A DNA stretch of 64,000 nucleotides, taken from the NCBI RefSeq assembly GCF_009914755.1, contig NC_060935.1. One strand, written 5' to 3'. Under the pieces are notes generated by a model. The model made no database searches. It had not been told where the DNA came from and worked only from the letters and a program-made list of their open reading frames with translations. The stretch comes from the human T2T-CHM13v2.0 reference genome, Homo sapiens. Shown here piece after piece: positions 43,620 through 63,431 of the stretch. Numbering within the stretch: the stretch's first letter is position 1; each line of letters starts with the position of its first letter. Position numbers and translations under genes: made by a program.

Positions 43620-44755
43620 CAGAGAATGACAATGGGGCACAGGAGCATTGCAGAGAGACTAGGGGAACAGTTGTAATTTTTAATAGGATGGTCAAAGGAG
43701 ACCTCATTGAGCAGGTGGCTTTTAGGTGAAGACTTAAAGAAGGTAATAGAGTTTTCTATAGGTCTAATGATAAAACAGAATGCATGCAGAAGAAAAAGGA
43801 CAGCTACGTGCTTGAAGCAGAGAGGCTAAAGAGATGGAGGTCAGGGATGTGACTGGAGGGATTTCAGGGAGGTGACTGGAGTCTAAGTCATGGAGAACTT
43901 AGAGGGCTCTTATAAGGCTTTTATATCTCTTTCTTTGAATGAGATTGGGAGTTATTGCAGGAGTTGCACAAAAGAATGACAAAATCTAGCTTTTCTTTTA
44001 AAAGGAGCATTCTGGTTTTCCATTGAGAAAAGACTAAAGACATTCTCCATCCAGAAAAGACTGCCAAGAACTGTGAAGCATCTAAAAGTTTACCCTACTT
44101 GGGGCACAGTTTTACAAATGCTGGCAGATGACACAAGCCTCCTGGGTAAAGGCAGGATTTTATGACTCCTTCAACAGGCAGAACGATTTACTTGTTTCTG
44201 TCAGTCCTCCTTGCTCCACAAGTCCTACAGAGGAAATACAGGAAGGCAGATTAATGTTGCATATGCAATAGACGTGTGTTGCAGCAAACCTGCCCTCTGC
44301 TTCAGAAGAAAGCAATATCTCTAGCTTCCAAGCTGTCCTCTTTACAAGCATCCTTGAGAAGATACTCAGGAGCAAAGACTCTCAAAGTCTCTGCTCATAA
44401 GATATGCAGAAATGTGAGAGGCCATGAAGAATTGTCTCCCAACCAGAATGAACAGCATGTCATAATGGATTGGATTTAAAGAGGGAGGGGAAAAGATACT
44501 TAAGAATAACTCCAAGAGTTTTTATTTGAATAGGTAAAAAGATAGATTTACCATCAACTAAGTTGAGAAAGACTACAGGTGAAGCAGGATGGGTGGAGAG
44601 GGTGGATAAGGAGTTTGATCTGAGACATAATGAATTTGAGATAGCTATTGGATGGAATTCAACAGATGTCAAACAGGCCATTAGATACATATGTCTTGAG
44701 TTTGGAAAAGAGTTTGAGTAATAATATAAATTTATTAGTCATTGGGAGGTAGAAT
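43620..44755. mobile_element. L2 remnants, interrupted by a probable ERVL-type LTR (~44070-44455); L2 continues at 50938-51323
   Basis: L2-like purine-rich sequence that resumes after the L1PA TSD. Confidence 0.55.
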
Positions 44756-44762
44756 GATTTTA

Positions 44763-50922
<6,160 letters not shown>

Positions 50923-51323
50923 GGTAGAATGATTTTAAAGTCATGGGACCAGATGGGATCACCAGGGGGAAGGTGTGGATACAAATGAGAGCCAATGATT
51001 GATCTTTGAAGTGATGCAAAATTAAGAAATTGGGGAGAAAAGAAGGGTCCACAGAGGAGACTGCGAAGAAGTAACAAGTGAAGTTAAAGGAAAACCAAGA
51101 GAGTGTGCTGTCTTGGAAACCAAGTGAAGAAAGTCCATTAAAGAATGATCTATTAAGATGAGAAGCAATAATTGATCATGTGATTTAATAACATAGAGAT
51201 CACTGATGGCTTTAAAAAGTGTTTCAGTAGAATGGTAGCAGCAAAATCCCAATTAGATAAGATTAGGAGGGGAATTGGAGATAGCATGTATAGACAATAG
51301 TTTCAGTAAATTTTGCTACAAAG

Positions 51324-52608
51324 TGTTAAAGCAAACTAAATACAGTCTGAGAAGGACTCTGTACTTCTACATTTCAGTCCTTTTGGGTGAACGGTAACCT
51401 ACCTTAATAGTCAGACAAAATTGAAAACCTAATTTAGTAGTGTGCACCTGTAACTATACTTGAATGTTGGCCAATCCCAGCAGCCATACTTCAACCACTG
51501 ATAGACTGCTGAATGTTCAAACTGTGTTCATACAAGGCAAACACCCAGTTGTAACCAATCTCAGTTTCTGTACTTCACTTCCTGTTCCTTTACATCACTT
51601 TACTTTTTTTGCCTATAAATTTGTTTTGACCACAAGTCACCCCTGGAGCCTCTGTGAATCTGCTGTTATCCTGAAGGCTGCCAGATTCCGGAATTCTTCA
51701 TTGCTCAATTAAACTCCTTTAAATTTAATTCAGCTGAAGTTTTTCTTTTATCAGACTGTGTCAGAAGCAGGATCTGAAGTGGAGCTTCTAGTATCCCCAG
51801 GAGCGCTAAGTGAACAAGGATGCTACATGCAGGATCCACTTGTGTCCATTGATCTCTCAGAGTGGCTGAGGATCATAGGTAAGCTCCCTCTCGCATTTTG
51901 GATCTTCACACATTTGTGTTTTGAGCTCTCTGAATTTCCTTGAGCAAATTTGTGATCGAAACTGGGTTTGGAGTTGCAACAGAAAATGGACTAGGTCTAG
52001 GAATGAATTTGATCTAAGAATTAGCTGGCTTCGATCCCCTTAGAGGCCTCTAACAGCTGAGTGGGTCAGAAAAGAACTGGTAATAAGCAGTAATGTTGCA
52101 GAATTTATAAAATTTGGCTTTTGAAAATTCACAGGGATTTTGGTGTACCCCTTTGTTTCATTTTTCCTGTGCACCTGGGTAGGAAAAATCACTGGCTAGG
52201 AGAACCTGAGAGTAAAGCCAGTATTTTAGGTAAAAATGGAATCCTGAATTTCTGGAAAACTGAGTTCCTTCTGGTTTATACATTAGGCCTGTGAGGCAGT
52301 GAAGTCTTACAGAAATGGCAAAATCTTACTAAAGATAACTTAGAGTGGAACATTTCAAATGAACAACAATGCATTGAAGTACATTTAGAAATGAGGGTCC
52401 TCAGTAAAGTCCCTTTTGGCTAAGAATGAGTTGGGCAGTACGGGGTGTCAACTGTTATTCTCTTTAGAATAATCTGCCTTGCACTCTTTGTTGACGGCTG
52501 TGGGTGACAGGATTAGGCATGTAAACAATCATGGGACATGGGGAGGTTTTTCCTCTACCTTATAAAAGGGGAAACTTGATAGCTGGTGGGACTGCTGGGG
52601 AAAAAAAA
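51324..52608 (+). mobile_element. MER57-type ERV1 5' LTR (51324-51753) with truncated internal region
   Basis: TGTTAAAGCAAACTAAAT start, ...ttttatca end; degenerate PBS-Leu (tgtcagaagcaggat); splice donor ag|gtaagc at 51879. Confidence 0.85.
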
Positions 52609-53019
52609 TAAAGAAAAATAGCATTTATTCTGTTTTCATAATTCTCATCTTTAACTATGGTTCCAGTCCCTTCCATTTTTTTTTCAATCTTGCATAAAAA
52701 TAAAAAACATGTGAATGGTACTACAGAAAATTCTAAAATAAGAAATAAATCACACATTCTTTCACTACCCAAAACAATTTTCATGTTTATTTATTCCCTT
52801 CAAGTCCTTGTCCATGTGCATGCATATTTTGGGAAGATATATACACGTTATATATTTTGCTTTTTTTACCCATCATTCATTATAATTGCTTTTCTATAGT
52901 CTTCACAGTGACAATTGTCTGTGTGCAACTCATATTTACTAACTGTCATTCACAAATTTATTATTTCTCTTCAGTGTACTTTAAACTTATGTTTCATATA
53001 TAAAGCAAAATTATTCCAG

Positions 53020-53335
53020 TTAAGGAATGAAATTCTGACACGTAATACAACATATGTGAAATAACCCAGACCCAAAAGTATAAATATTATAGGATTCCAT
53101 TTATATTAAGTACCTAGAATAGGCAAATTCCTAGAGTCATAAAGTAAAATAAAAGTTACCAGTGGCTAGATACAGGGAACGAGTAATTGTGTTTTAATGG
53201 GTACAGTTTCTGTTTGAGATGACAAAAACATTCTGGAAATGGATGGGGGTGATGCTTGTAGAGCATTGTGAATGTACGTTGTGAATGTGAATTATACGGT
53301 TAAACAGTTTTGTGTTATGTGTACTTTACAACAAT
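53020..53335 (+). mobile_element. L1MB 3' fragment
   Basis: aaggaatgaaattctgacac...ttctggaaatggatgggggtgatg. Confidence 0.7.
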
Positions 53336-53340
53336 TTCTT

Positions 53341-53651
<311 letters not shown>

Positions 53652-55083
53652 AACAGTTTCTTAAAGAGTATGGGGAGGGGTCTACCCAGGATTTTAGCAG
53701 CTTCCTAATTTAAAAAAGAAATGTTGATGTTAAGAATATGGGTAGAGAACACTTTTATTTGGGTAGAAGTTAGAAGCTGAGGCCAGGATGGGGTCATAAG
53801 AGCAATATTAAGTATGAGGAGGAGGAGGCCCTGAACTAAGGTCATTGCAAGGGGATGGAGTAGCGAATGGATAGGAGAGGTATTTGGACAAAGATGTGGC
53901 AGCTGATTAGTGTGGGGGTTGTTCTCATGTATCAGCCAAGGCTACAATATTCTCAAGACAGATGGAACACAAGTTTTTTGTGGGGTGTGATACAGCATGG
54001 TAGATCTTGAATTAAAACTTACAAAATTTTTACCAAAACTTTAAAGGAGAAGACAATAGTAAAACACAAGTGTATGGGTAATTTTAGTTAAATCAGGTGA
54101 GAAACAGCAAAGAAAGCTCTGTTGGAGGTGGGAAAAAAAAAGACCAGGTTTTTTGTTTGTTTGTTTGTTTGTTTTACAACTACAAAAACAGCAGAGTCAA
54201 ACAGGGGATAGACTCATGTCAGAGATCCAGTTCTATTTACTAAAATTTCCTCGAGTATTCAAACATTCTGAAATTCTGAGCTCTTGCAAAAGGATGCCTT
54301 TGTTTAAACATTGCTTCACCTAGCTACAGAACGTAGTTTAACTTTGAGGACTTTGACCTCAGACAAGACAAAATGTTTCACCTTGCCTATTACTTAAGAC
54401 ATATTAGTTAACTATTTAACCTTCAAAGATAAAAAATTTCAAACATCTGTATTAACTAATTTGCTGATGATTGTTTCAAATATCTAATCCATGGGTTACT
54501 TCTCTTACATTAACTAAGTTTGTTGTAAGTTCTTCACATTTTTAATTATTTTTACATCATTGGATTTAATTGTTAAATCTATATATGACATGTTGATTAT
54601 TATGAAGTCAATTAAAAAAACTAACATATGTTAAATATTGTTCTTACTTCATGCCAGGTATGCATTTCATATGTATTACATTGTGTAATCTCATTCCTCT
54701 GGAAAACATGCATTCTAATTTCCAGTTCCAAAGTGGTCAGAAAACACTTTGAGGTTCTGATTCATTAAACAACTTAAAAAAGAAGTAGGAGACAGAACTG
54801 AAATTTGGAACCAGCCTAAGCTTTGAAACTATCAGTTGTGATGATAACCTTCTCCAAGTTATTGTTAATAATTGGCACATTTCTAAGAATTCTGAATGTT
54901 ATTTCAACGGAAGTTTACAGATATGTGTCAAAATTATTCATTTTTTTTTAATTTTTGTAATGAAACTGGGACAAGTTCCAAAATGGCCATAGGTCTGAAA
55001 TATTTGGCCCTAAGAAACTAAAGAAAATCTGTGCCAACTCCTATTCTAAGCTTTCCAGTCAAAACTGTTTTTAGAAGGCTGAT

Positions 55084-58005
55084 TTTTTTTTATTATTATA
55101 CTTTAAGTTGTAGGGAACATGTGCACAATGTGCAGGTTTGTTACATATGTATACATGTGCCATGTTGGTGTGCTGCACCCATTAACTCATCATTTACAAT
55201 AGTTATTTCTCTTAATGCCATCCCTCCGCCCTCCCTCCACCCCACGACAGGCCCCAGTGTGTGATGTTCCCCGCCCTGTGCCCAAGTGTTCTCATTGTTC
55301 AATTCCCACCTATGAGTGAGAACATGTGGTGTTTGGTTTTCTGTCCTTGTGATAGTTTGTTCAGAATGATGGTTTCCAGCTTCATCAATGTCCCTACAAA
55401 GGACATGAACTCATCCTTTTTAATGGCTGCATAGTATTCCATGGTGTATATGTGCCACATTTTCTTAATCCAGTCCATGGACATTTGGGTTGATTCCAAG
55501 TCTTTGCTATTGTGAATAGTGCCTCAATAAACATATGTGTGCATGTGTCTTTATAGTAGCATGATTTATAATCCTTTGGGTATATACCCAGTAATGGGAT
55601 CGCTGAGTCAAATGGTATTTCTAGTTCTAGATCCCTGAGGAATCACCGCACTGTCTTCCACAATGGCTGAACTAGTTTACACTCCCACCAACAGTGTAAA
55701 AGCGTTCCTATTTCTCCACATCCTGTCCAGCACCTGTTGTTTCCTGACTTTTTAATGATCACCATTCTAACTGGTGTGAGATGGTATCTCGTTGTGGTTT
55801 TGATTAGCATTTCTCTGACGACCAGTGATGATGTGCATTTTTTCATGTGTCTGTTGGCTGCATAAATGTCTTCTTTTGAGAAGTGTCTGTTCATATCCTT
55901 TGCCCACTTTTTGATGGGGTTGTTTGATTTTTTTCTTATAAATTTTTCTGAGTTCATTGTAGATTCTGGATATTAGCCCTCTGTCAGATGGGTAGATTGC
56001 AAAAATTTTCCCCATTCTGTAGGTTGCCTGTTCGCTCTGATGGTAGTTTCTTTTGCCATGCAGAAGCTCTTTAGTTTAATAAGATCCCATTTGTCTATTC
56101 TGGCTTTTGTTGCCATTGCTTTTGGGGTTTTAGTCATGAAGTCCTTGCCCATGCCGATGTCCTGAATGGTACTGCCTAGGTTTTCTTCTAGGGTTTTTAT
56201 GGGTTTAGGTCCAACATTTAAGTATTTGATCCATCTTGAATTAATTTTTGTATAAAGTGTAAGGAAGGGATCCAGTTTCAGCTTTCTACATATGGCTAGC
56301 CAGTTTTCCCAATACCATTTATTAAATAGGGATTCCTTTAGGTTTGTCAAAGATCAGATGGTTGTAGATGTGTGGTATTATTTCTGAAGGCTCTGTTCTG
56401 TTCCATTGGTCTATATCTCTGTTTTGGTGCCATGCTGTTTTGGTTACTGTAGCCTTGTAGTATAGTTTGAAGTCAGGTAGTGTGATGCCTCCAGCTTTGT
56501 TCTTTTTGCTTAGGGTTGTCTTGGCAATGCAGGTTCTTTTTTGATTGCATATGAACTTTAAAGTATTTTTTTCCAATTCTGTGAAAAAGTCATTGATAGC
56601 TTTATGGGGATGGCATTGAATCTATAAATTACCTTGGGCAACATGGACATTTTCACAATATTGATTCTTTCTATCCATGAGCATGGAATGTTCTTCCATT
56701 AGTTTGTGTCCTCTTTTATTTCGTTGAGCAGTGGTTTGTAGTTCTCCTTCAAAAAAATCAATGAATCCAGGAGCTGGTTTTTTGAAAAGATCAACAAAAT
56801 TGATAGACCAATAGCAAGACTAATAAAGAAGAAAAGAAAGAAGAATCAAATAGATGCAATAAACAATGATAAAGGGGATATCACCACCAATCCCACAGAA
56901 ATACAAACTACCGTCAGAGAACACTATAAAAACCTCTACGCAAATAACCTGAAAATCTAGAAGAAATGGATAAATTCCTGGACACATACACCCTCCCAAG
57001 ACTAAACCAAGAAGAAGTTGAATCCCTGAATAGACCAATAACAGGCTCTGAAATTGAGACAATTATCAATAGCCTACCAACCAAAAAATGTCCAGGACCA
57101 GCTGGATTCACAGCTGAATTCTATCAGAGGTACAAGGAGGAGCTGGTACCATTCCTTCTGAAACTATTGCAATCAATAAAAAAAGAGGGAATCTTCTCTA
57201 ACTCATTTTATGAGGACATCATCATCCTGGTACCAAAGCCTGGCAGAGACACAACAAAGAAAGAGAATTTTAGACCAATATACCAGATGAATATCGATGC
57301 AAAAATCCTCAATAAAATACCAGCAAACCGAATCCAGCAGCACATCAAAAAGCTTATTCACCACGATCAAGTGGGCTTCATCCCTGGGATGCAAGGCTGA
57401 TTCAACATGCACAAATCAATAAACGTAATCCATCATATAAACACAACCAAAGACAAAAGCCACATGATTTTCTCAACAGATGCAGAAAAAGCCTTCGACA
57501 AAATTCAACAGTCCTTCACGCTAAAAACTCTCAATAAACTAGGTATTGATGGGACGAATCTCAAAATAAGAGCTATTTATGACAAACCCACGGCCACTAT
57601 CATACTGAATAGGCAAAAACTGGAAGCATTCCCTTTGAAAACTGGCACAAGACATGGATGCCCTCTTTCACCACTCCTATTCAACATAGTATTGGAAGTT
57701 CTGACCAGGACAGTCAGGCAGGAGAAAGAAATAAAGAGTATTCAATTAGGAAAAGAGGAAGTCAAATTGTCCCTGTTTGCAGATGATATGATTGTATATT
57801 TAGAAAACCCCATTGTCTCAGCGAAAAATCTTAAGCTGTTAAGGAACTTCAGCAAAGTCTCAGGATACAAAATCAATGTGCAAAAATCACAAGCATTCTT
57901 ATACACCAATAACAGACAAACAGAGAGCCAAATAATGAGTGAACTCCCATTCACAATTGCTTCAAAGAGAATAAAATACCTAGGAATCCAACTTACAAGG
58001 GATGC
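55084..58005 (-). mobile_element. 5'-truncated, 5'-inverted L1PA (twin priming): 3' part on minus (55084-56750), inverted ORF2 on plus (56751-58005)
   Basis: TSD gaaggctgattttt / gagggctgatatttt; ORF2 ORFs on both strands. Confidence 0.93.
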
Positions 58006-58399
58006 GAGGGCTGATATTTTCTATTCTAGATGAAAGAATACTTCTCAGGTATCTGATGACCAAAATACAGGGAAAAAGTTATGATGATGGTGGTGGAGTG
58101 TTCTGCTACAGGCATTTGGGAACCTCACAGAACTCTTAATATTCACTTTTAATTCATTCCACCAGGGAGGAAGGGCATGGGGTTTGGAGCCATTCATATA
58201 TGGTTTCAAAATCTGACTGACATTTATCTCTGTAAGAACTTGAGAAATTTACTTCATCTCTCTGAGATTTGGTATATTTAGAATGAGGGTGATACTGACA
58301 GTACCTACATCATGAGTGTTACTTGAATGGAGATGTATAAAGTGCATTTTAAATTCATTTGTTCCCTTAACATTTTTCTTTCACTTATTAACTTTTTAG

Positions 58400-59035
58400 G
58401 TTTCTTCTTGAAGGGCTCAAGGAATGAAGCATCCCACAAAATGATCCTGCTGAATAATTGCCAGATGCTGCTGGCCCTGTACGAATCCCTGGCCGTGAGC
58501 ATTCCTGAGTCCCTGAAGGTGAGGGGGCAGTGGGAGAGTCAGATGGCTTTGTGCATGTTTCTTTACTTTTCTGTGCCTTTACCTTTGGTCTTTTCATCAA
58601 TGAAATGGGAATAATATTAGCACCTACCTCTTAAAATTGTTGTGAACACTGAATAAATCCATACAATGTAAGTGCTAAGAGCATTGACAAGTGCCAAGCT
58701 AGTGCACAGTAGCTCTTTGGTATCACAAGGACACCTATCTGTGAGTTCTGCCTGCTTGCTGGTAACTTCACGTCCATCAGTATGGTCCTGGAGATGCTGC
58801 TCATCTCACCATTACTGACTTAGTCCCAGTACTGTCTTTTGACCTCCGTTTTTCTCTTCCTCTTCACATCCAGATCCCCATCTCTAGGGATCTCAACCTC
58901 TCCTAGTCCTTTCCATCTCTCCTTCATATATATGGCTGTGTGTATCACATCAATCATAGGAACCCCTTCAACATGGAGGTGCTGGTGGACTCCTGGCCCG
59001 AGTATCAGATAGTTATTATCCAACCACCAAAACAG
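58400..59035 (+). pseudogene. GLYATL1P2: GLYATL1-like unprocessed pseudogene, 5' part (probably the locus annotated GLYATL1P2); exons 58400-58518 (ATG at 58441) and 58928-59035
   Basis: Translations MILLNNCQMLLALYESLAVSIPESLK|gtgag and IYGCVYHINHRNPFNMEVLVDSWPEYQIVIIQPPKQ|gtagg have the same 78/108 nt exon sizes as GLYATL2. The second exon's acceptor reads CAT. Later exons were not found in the window. The symbol is from recalled gene order. Confidence 0.8.
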
Positions 59036-59425
59036 GTAGGCACACAAACAGGGACTAGTGGAGCCAGGCAGGCCCAAAGGGCCTGAGGAACTGACCATTT
59101 CAGACACCAGGGCTGCTTTTATAGGGTGAAAGGAAACGTGAGTATTTTAAAACACTCCTTCAGTACTGGGCACCTTGCATGAGTGCCACATGTTCCCACC
59201 CTTTCTGTAAAGCACAGGACTCTTCTGGGAAAAGGGGTGGAGGGGGAAGGGGAGGAAAAGGACAAGGCTGACACTCACAGATTAAGGGCCCTTTGAGGTG
59301 GCAGGGGTCACCTGCAGGGGCTGAAAGGAGGCCAATTTACAGGAAAAGTTCGGTGTCTGAGATATCAGAACAGTGGCTTAGAAACAAAAACCAAGGCAGA
59401 TGTCTACCAGTAAAATTACCTCTCA

Positions 59426-59719
<294 letters not shown>

Positions 59720-60909
59720 TGTTATTTCTCAGGAATCAGGGAAGGGACTCAACGACTCATAATTACTGTGTGTCAACTATATGGAAGCACGTCTTTTGTT
59801 AGTGGATGTCATCAACAGAACACTCTTATTAAGTGACCATTAATATTTCCAATTTAGAGATGAGGAAATGACACTGAGAAATATTAAATCACATAGCTGC
59901 TGGATACCAGATGTTAAGGCATTGTCCAATCTGAATTCAAGTTCATTGCACTCTGCCAGTTTTATTAGCTATATAACCATAGGCCCTTCTCTGAGTTTCA
60001 TCATCTGTTAAAATGGGAAAAATAAGAGGATCTTCTTCAGAGGATTACACAAGGTTTAAATGAGATACTGTATGTTAAACACTTAGTACATAGCACATAA
60101 TTTTAAATAGTATCTACCAGAATTGGCCATTGTTGGCTGAGGACATACAAGGAATACACGATTAAGCTGAAAGAGCAATACAAACCTAGGTCTATTTTTT
60201 TGTCCTAAAGACTCCCCCTTTTTTGTGTGTGTTTTATGCATATCTGGTTAGTGAACTGAAGCCTCATGGCCAGCCCAGCTTCATGTGGGTATAGACACTG
60301 AGCCTCCAAATAATAATAAGCCACCCCAGGTCAAGACTAGTTTGCACATTGGGTCAGGATTGGGATGCAGAAAGCGACAAAATGACCCTAGCTTGAGGAA
60401 CAAAGGGGTAAAGGGGATGGGAACCAGGCTGAGCCTAACACCTTCCCTAGGGATGTTTGTTTGATCTCCTGGCTTCCTGATAATTTGGGATCAAAGGTTA
60501 ATGCTTAGTTTATTTAATCCATGGTCCAATTTCTTAAAAGTGTGATATTCTAAATAATTGTAGGAGGTCAAGTAGTTCTTTTTATTTCAGTAACTTTGTA
60601 GTTATTATGTGTATTTTACCAACGTAACTATAGCACCAAACCATAACTTCACATATGCATTGCTTTGAACAAGGCTAGTTTTTATAAAGTTAGTCAATAA
60701 ACAAAAATATGAAAATATAAAAGTTGAATGCCACACATATATGACCAAAGAAATGGAAATAATGAAATATACTGCAATTTACTTGGAAATACATTCATCT
60801 AGTGTGATTCCATAGTATACCACGTTTCTTTCAGTATTGAAAGTCAATTCAATTTTGAGTAAAACTTTTCAGGGTGGGATGCAGGAGAATTTATATAGAA
60901 AAAAAGTAA

Positions 60910-63420
60910 CTTTTTCTTAATTGGTTTTTAATCTCAAAGATAATATATGCTGATTATACAAGTGGAAAAATCCAACATGATTTTAAGAAGTTAATAACTT
61001 CTCTCCTCCCCCTCCTCTCCTCTCCTCCTTTTCTACCCCTTGGGGTAATCAGTGTCCTTGCCCATATTAACACACAAAGGGATAATCACTGATGATCTCT
61101 TCTGTCATCACTTTTTAATTTGCCTTTCACATATGGACATCCCTTCGGGTGAATCAATGCAGCATTAACATATTCATTTTAATAACTGTGGCATTCCATA
61201 GAGTCAATGCAATGCTATTTAGGCAGTCATTCTCTTGCTGTTGGGTTCAAATTGTTCATACTTCTTTGCCACTAAAAACAATGCTTCAATAAACATCCTT
61301 GTATACATGTCTTTACATCCTGGAAACTTTTCTCAATACAATTGATTTCCAAAAGGGATATCTCCAAGTCAGAGTTTACCTTATCCTAAGTAGGCACTGC
61401 CAGATTATCTTCTCAAAGGATTCCACAGTTTTATTTCCATTAGCAATGTGTGGAAGAATTGTTTCCTCACATTCTCACCAGCACTGAATGTTGTCCCTTT
61501 TCAATTTATGCCAAACTGGTGGGTGAAAGATGGCATCTTATTGTAGATTTAATTTGCATTTCCCTATTAATATTCAACATATTATATTTTCATATGTTTA
61601 TCAGTCATTTGGGGTTTACTTCTGAACTGTTTATGTTGTTTGACCATTTTTACACTGGGGTTTTGTGTCATTCTTAAAATTCTGTAAGTGTTTTGGATAC
61701 TAGGGATACTAACACAAGGTGTATGCTACAAATTTGTTGCCCAATTTAGAATTATTTTCTACTTGATTGATGGAGATTTTGACATGAAGAAATTTTGAAT
61801 TTTCATGTAATCAAATGTATTATCTTTTTCACTATGTCCTCTGAGTTTTTGTTTTTTTTATTAATAATTAGGAAGATTTTTCCTACTCCAAGATCATACA
61901 AGTGTTTTCTTATTTAATCTTACAGTGAGTTAATTTTTACTTTTGACATATCAATATTCATTCTACTTGGAATATATTTTTGAATAGCATGAATTAACAT
62001 TCTTTTATACTTTTCTTCCTTATGGCTGGCTAATTACATTAGTACTATTTATTAAGTGATTCCACTACTGAAACATAAATCTCTATTTTGTCATATAACA
62101 TGTTTATATATTTTTGTATCTATTTCTGTATTTGTTTCTAGTCTTTTCTCATGCTATTTCATTGTTTTTGTGATAAATTTTAATATCTAATAAAGCAAAT
62201 CACCCTTCACCAAGGGGAGAGTTCACCATTGTACATTATGCAATATATGTACATTATGCAATGTATGCAATTGCATACATTGTACATTATGCAATGTACA
62301 CAATTGCATAATGTACAACCTAAGAAAGTTTTTCTTACTTTCCTTTTTCTTATAAATTTAAGAACTATATGAACATCAAGTAATTTTTCCAGTTCCCCAC
62401 CAACTACCCCAACTAACTATTGCAATTGTGATTGTTGTTGGAGGAGCTTTTTTAGACAATTGTGGAAGGATTAATTTTTTTGTGATACTAAATCTTTTCA
62501 TCTACAAATATGCTCTTTTTTTTTCACTTTTTTCAGTTTTTGTTCTATGCCATCTGGCAAAATTTTATTGTTTTCCTGTGGTAAACTATGTGATTTTCCA
62601 TTAAGTTTACCCTTAAGTATTTTATACTATTTGTGAAGAATATTAAATTATTTTTCCATTTCTATTTCTGAGCATTATTATTTTGTTATTGCTTTTTATT
62701 TATATTCTTGATTTCCAAATATGTCACACTGTTCTTTAAAACCTGTTTTTTTGTGTGTGTGGGGGTGTTATTTGTTTTTGTGTTTTTTCAAAGTCTCTTG
62801 GATTTTCTAAACACGTAATACTGTACTCTACAAACAAAGTAATTTGCTGCTTCTTTGCCAATATTTATATGGGTTTTTAGTTTCTTGCCTTATTGCATAA
62901 TGTACAACCTAAGAAAACAATATCAACTAACAAAAATAATAGTTCTATTCTTGTCTCATTCCTGATTTTAATGAAATAGCTATAACAACTTACATCTGAA
63001 TTACATTTGATTCTGTCTTTACAGGTTTAGAGCATTTTCCTCTTGTTCCTACATTCATAGAACTTATATTTAGAATGGAGGGTAAATTTTATCTTATTTC
63101 ATTTTTGTCTTTTTTTTTGGCAATTTATATAGTCATGAAATTTTTCCTCCTTTAATTTATTACACTAAAAGATCTTCCGATCAAAGCCATTCTGGCCTTT
63201 CTAAAACAAACTGTTCATGTTCACATCCTTTTGATATACTACCGAATATTTTATTCAGAATTTTTGTATCTGTATTCATAAGGGAATATGGGCAATAATT
63301 CTCTTTTTGTTATTTCCTTGCCAGATTTGGCATTAGGAGCTTTTCATCTGTTACCAAAGTCTAGTATTAAAGTTATGTGTTTGTTTTTGGCTTATGTAGA
63401 ATTTAAATATAAAATAATCT
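60910..63420 (-). mobile_element. Old L1ME
   Basis: cctcacattctcaccagcact, ttaatttgcatttccct and other L1 ORF2/3' motifs; T-rich. Confidence 0.7.
62229..62327. repeat. Cluster of direct and inverted copies of ttgtacattatgcaat, including a perfect 24-bp palindrome (62259-62282)
   Basis: Read directly from the sequence. Confidence 0.92.
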
Positions 63421-63431
63421 GATTTTGGCTA

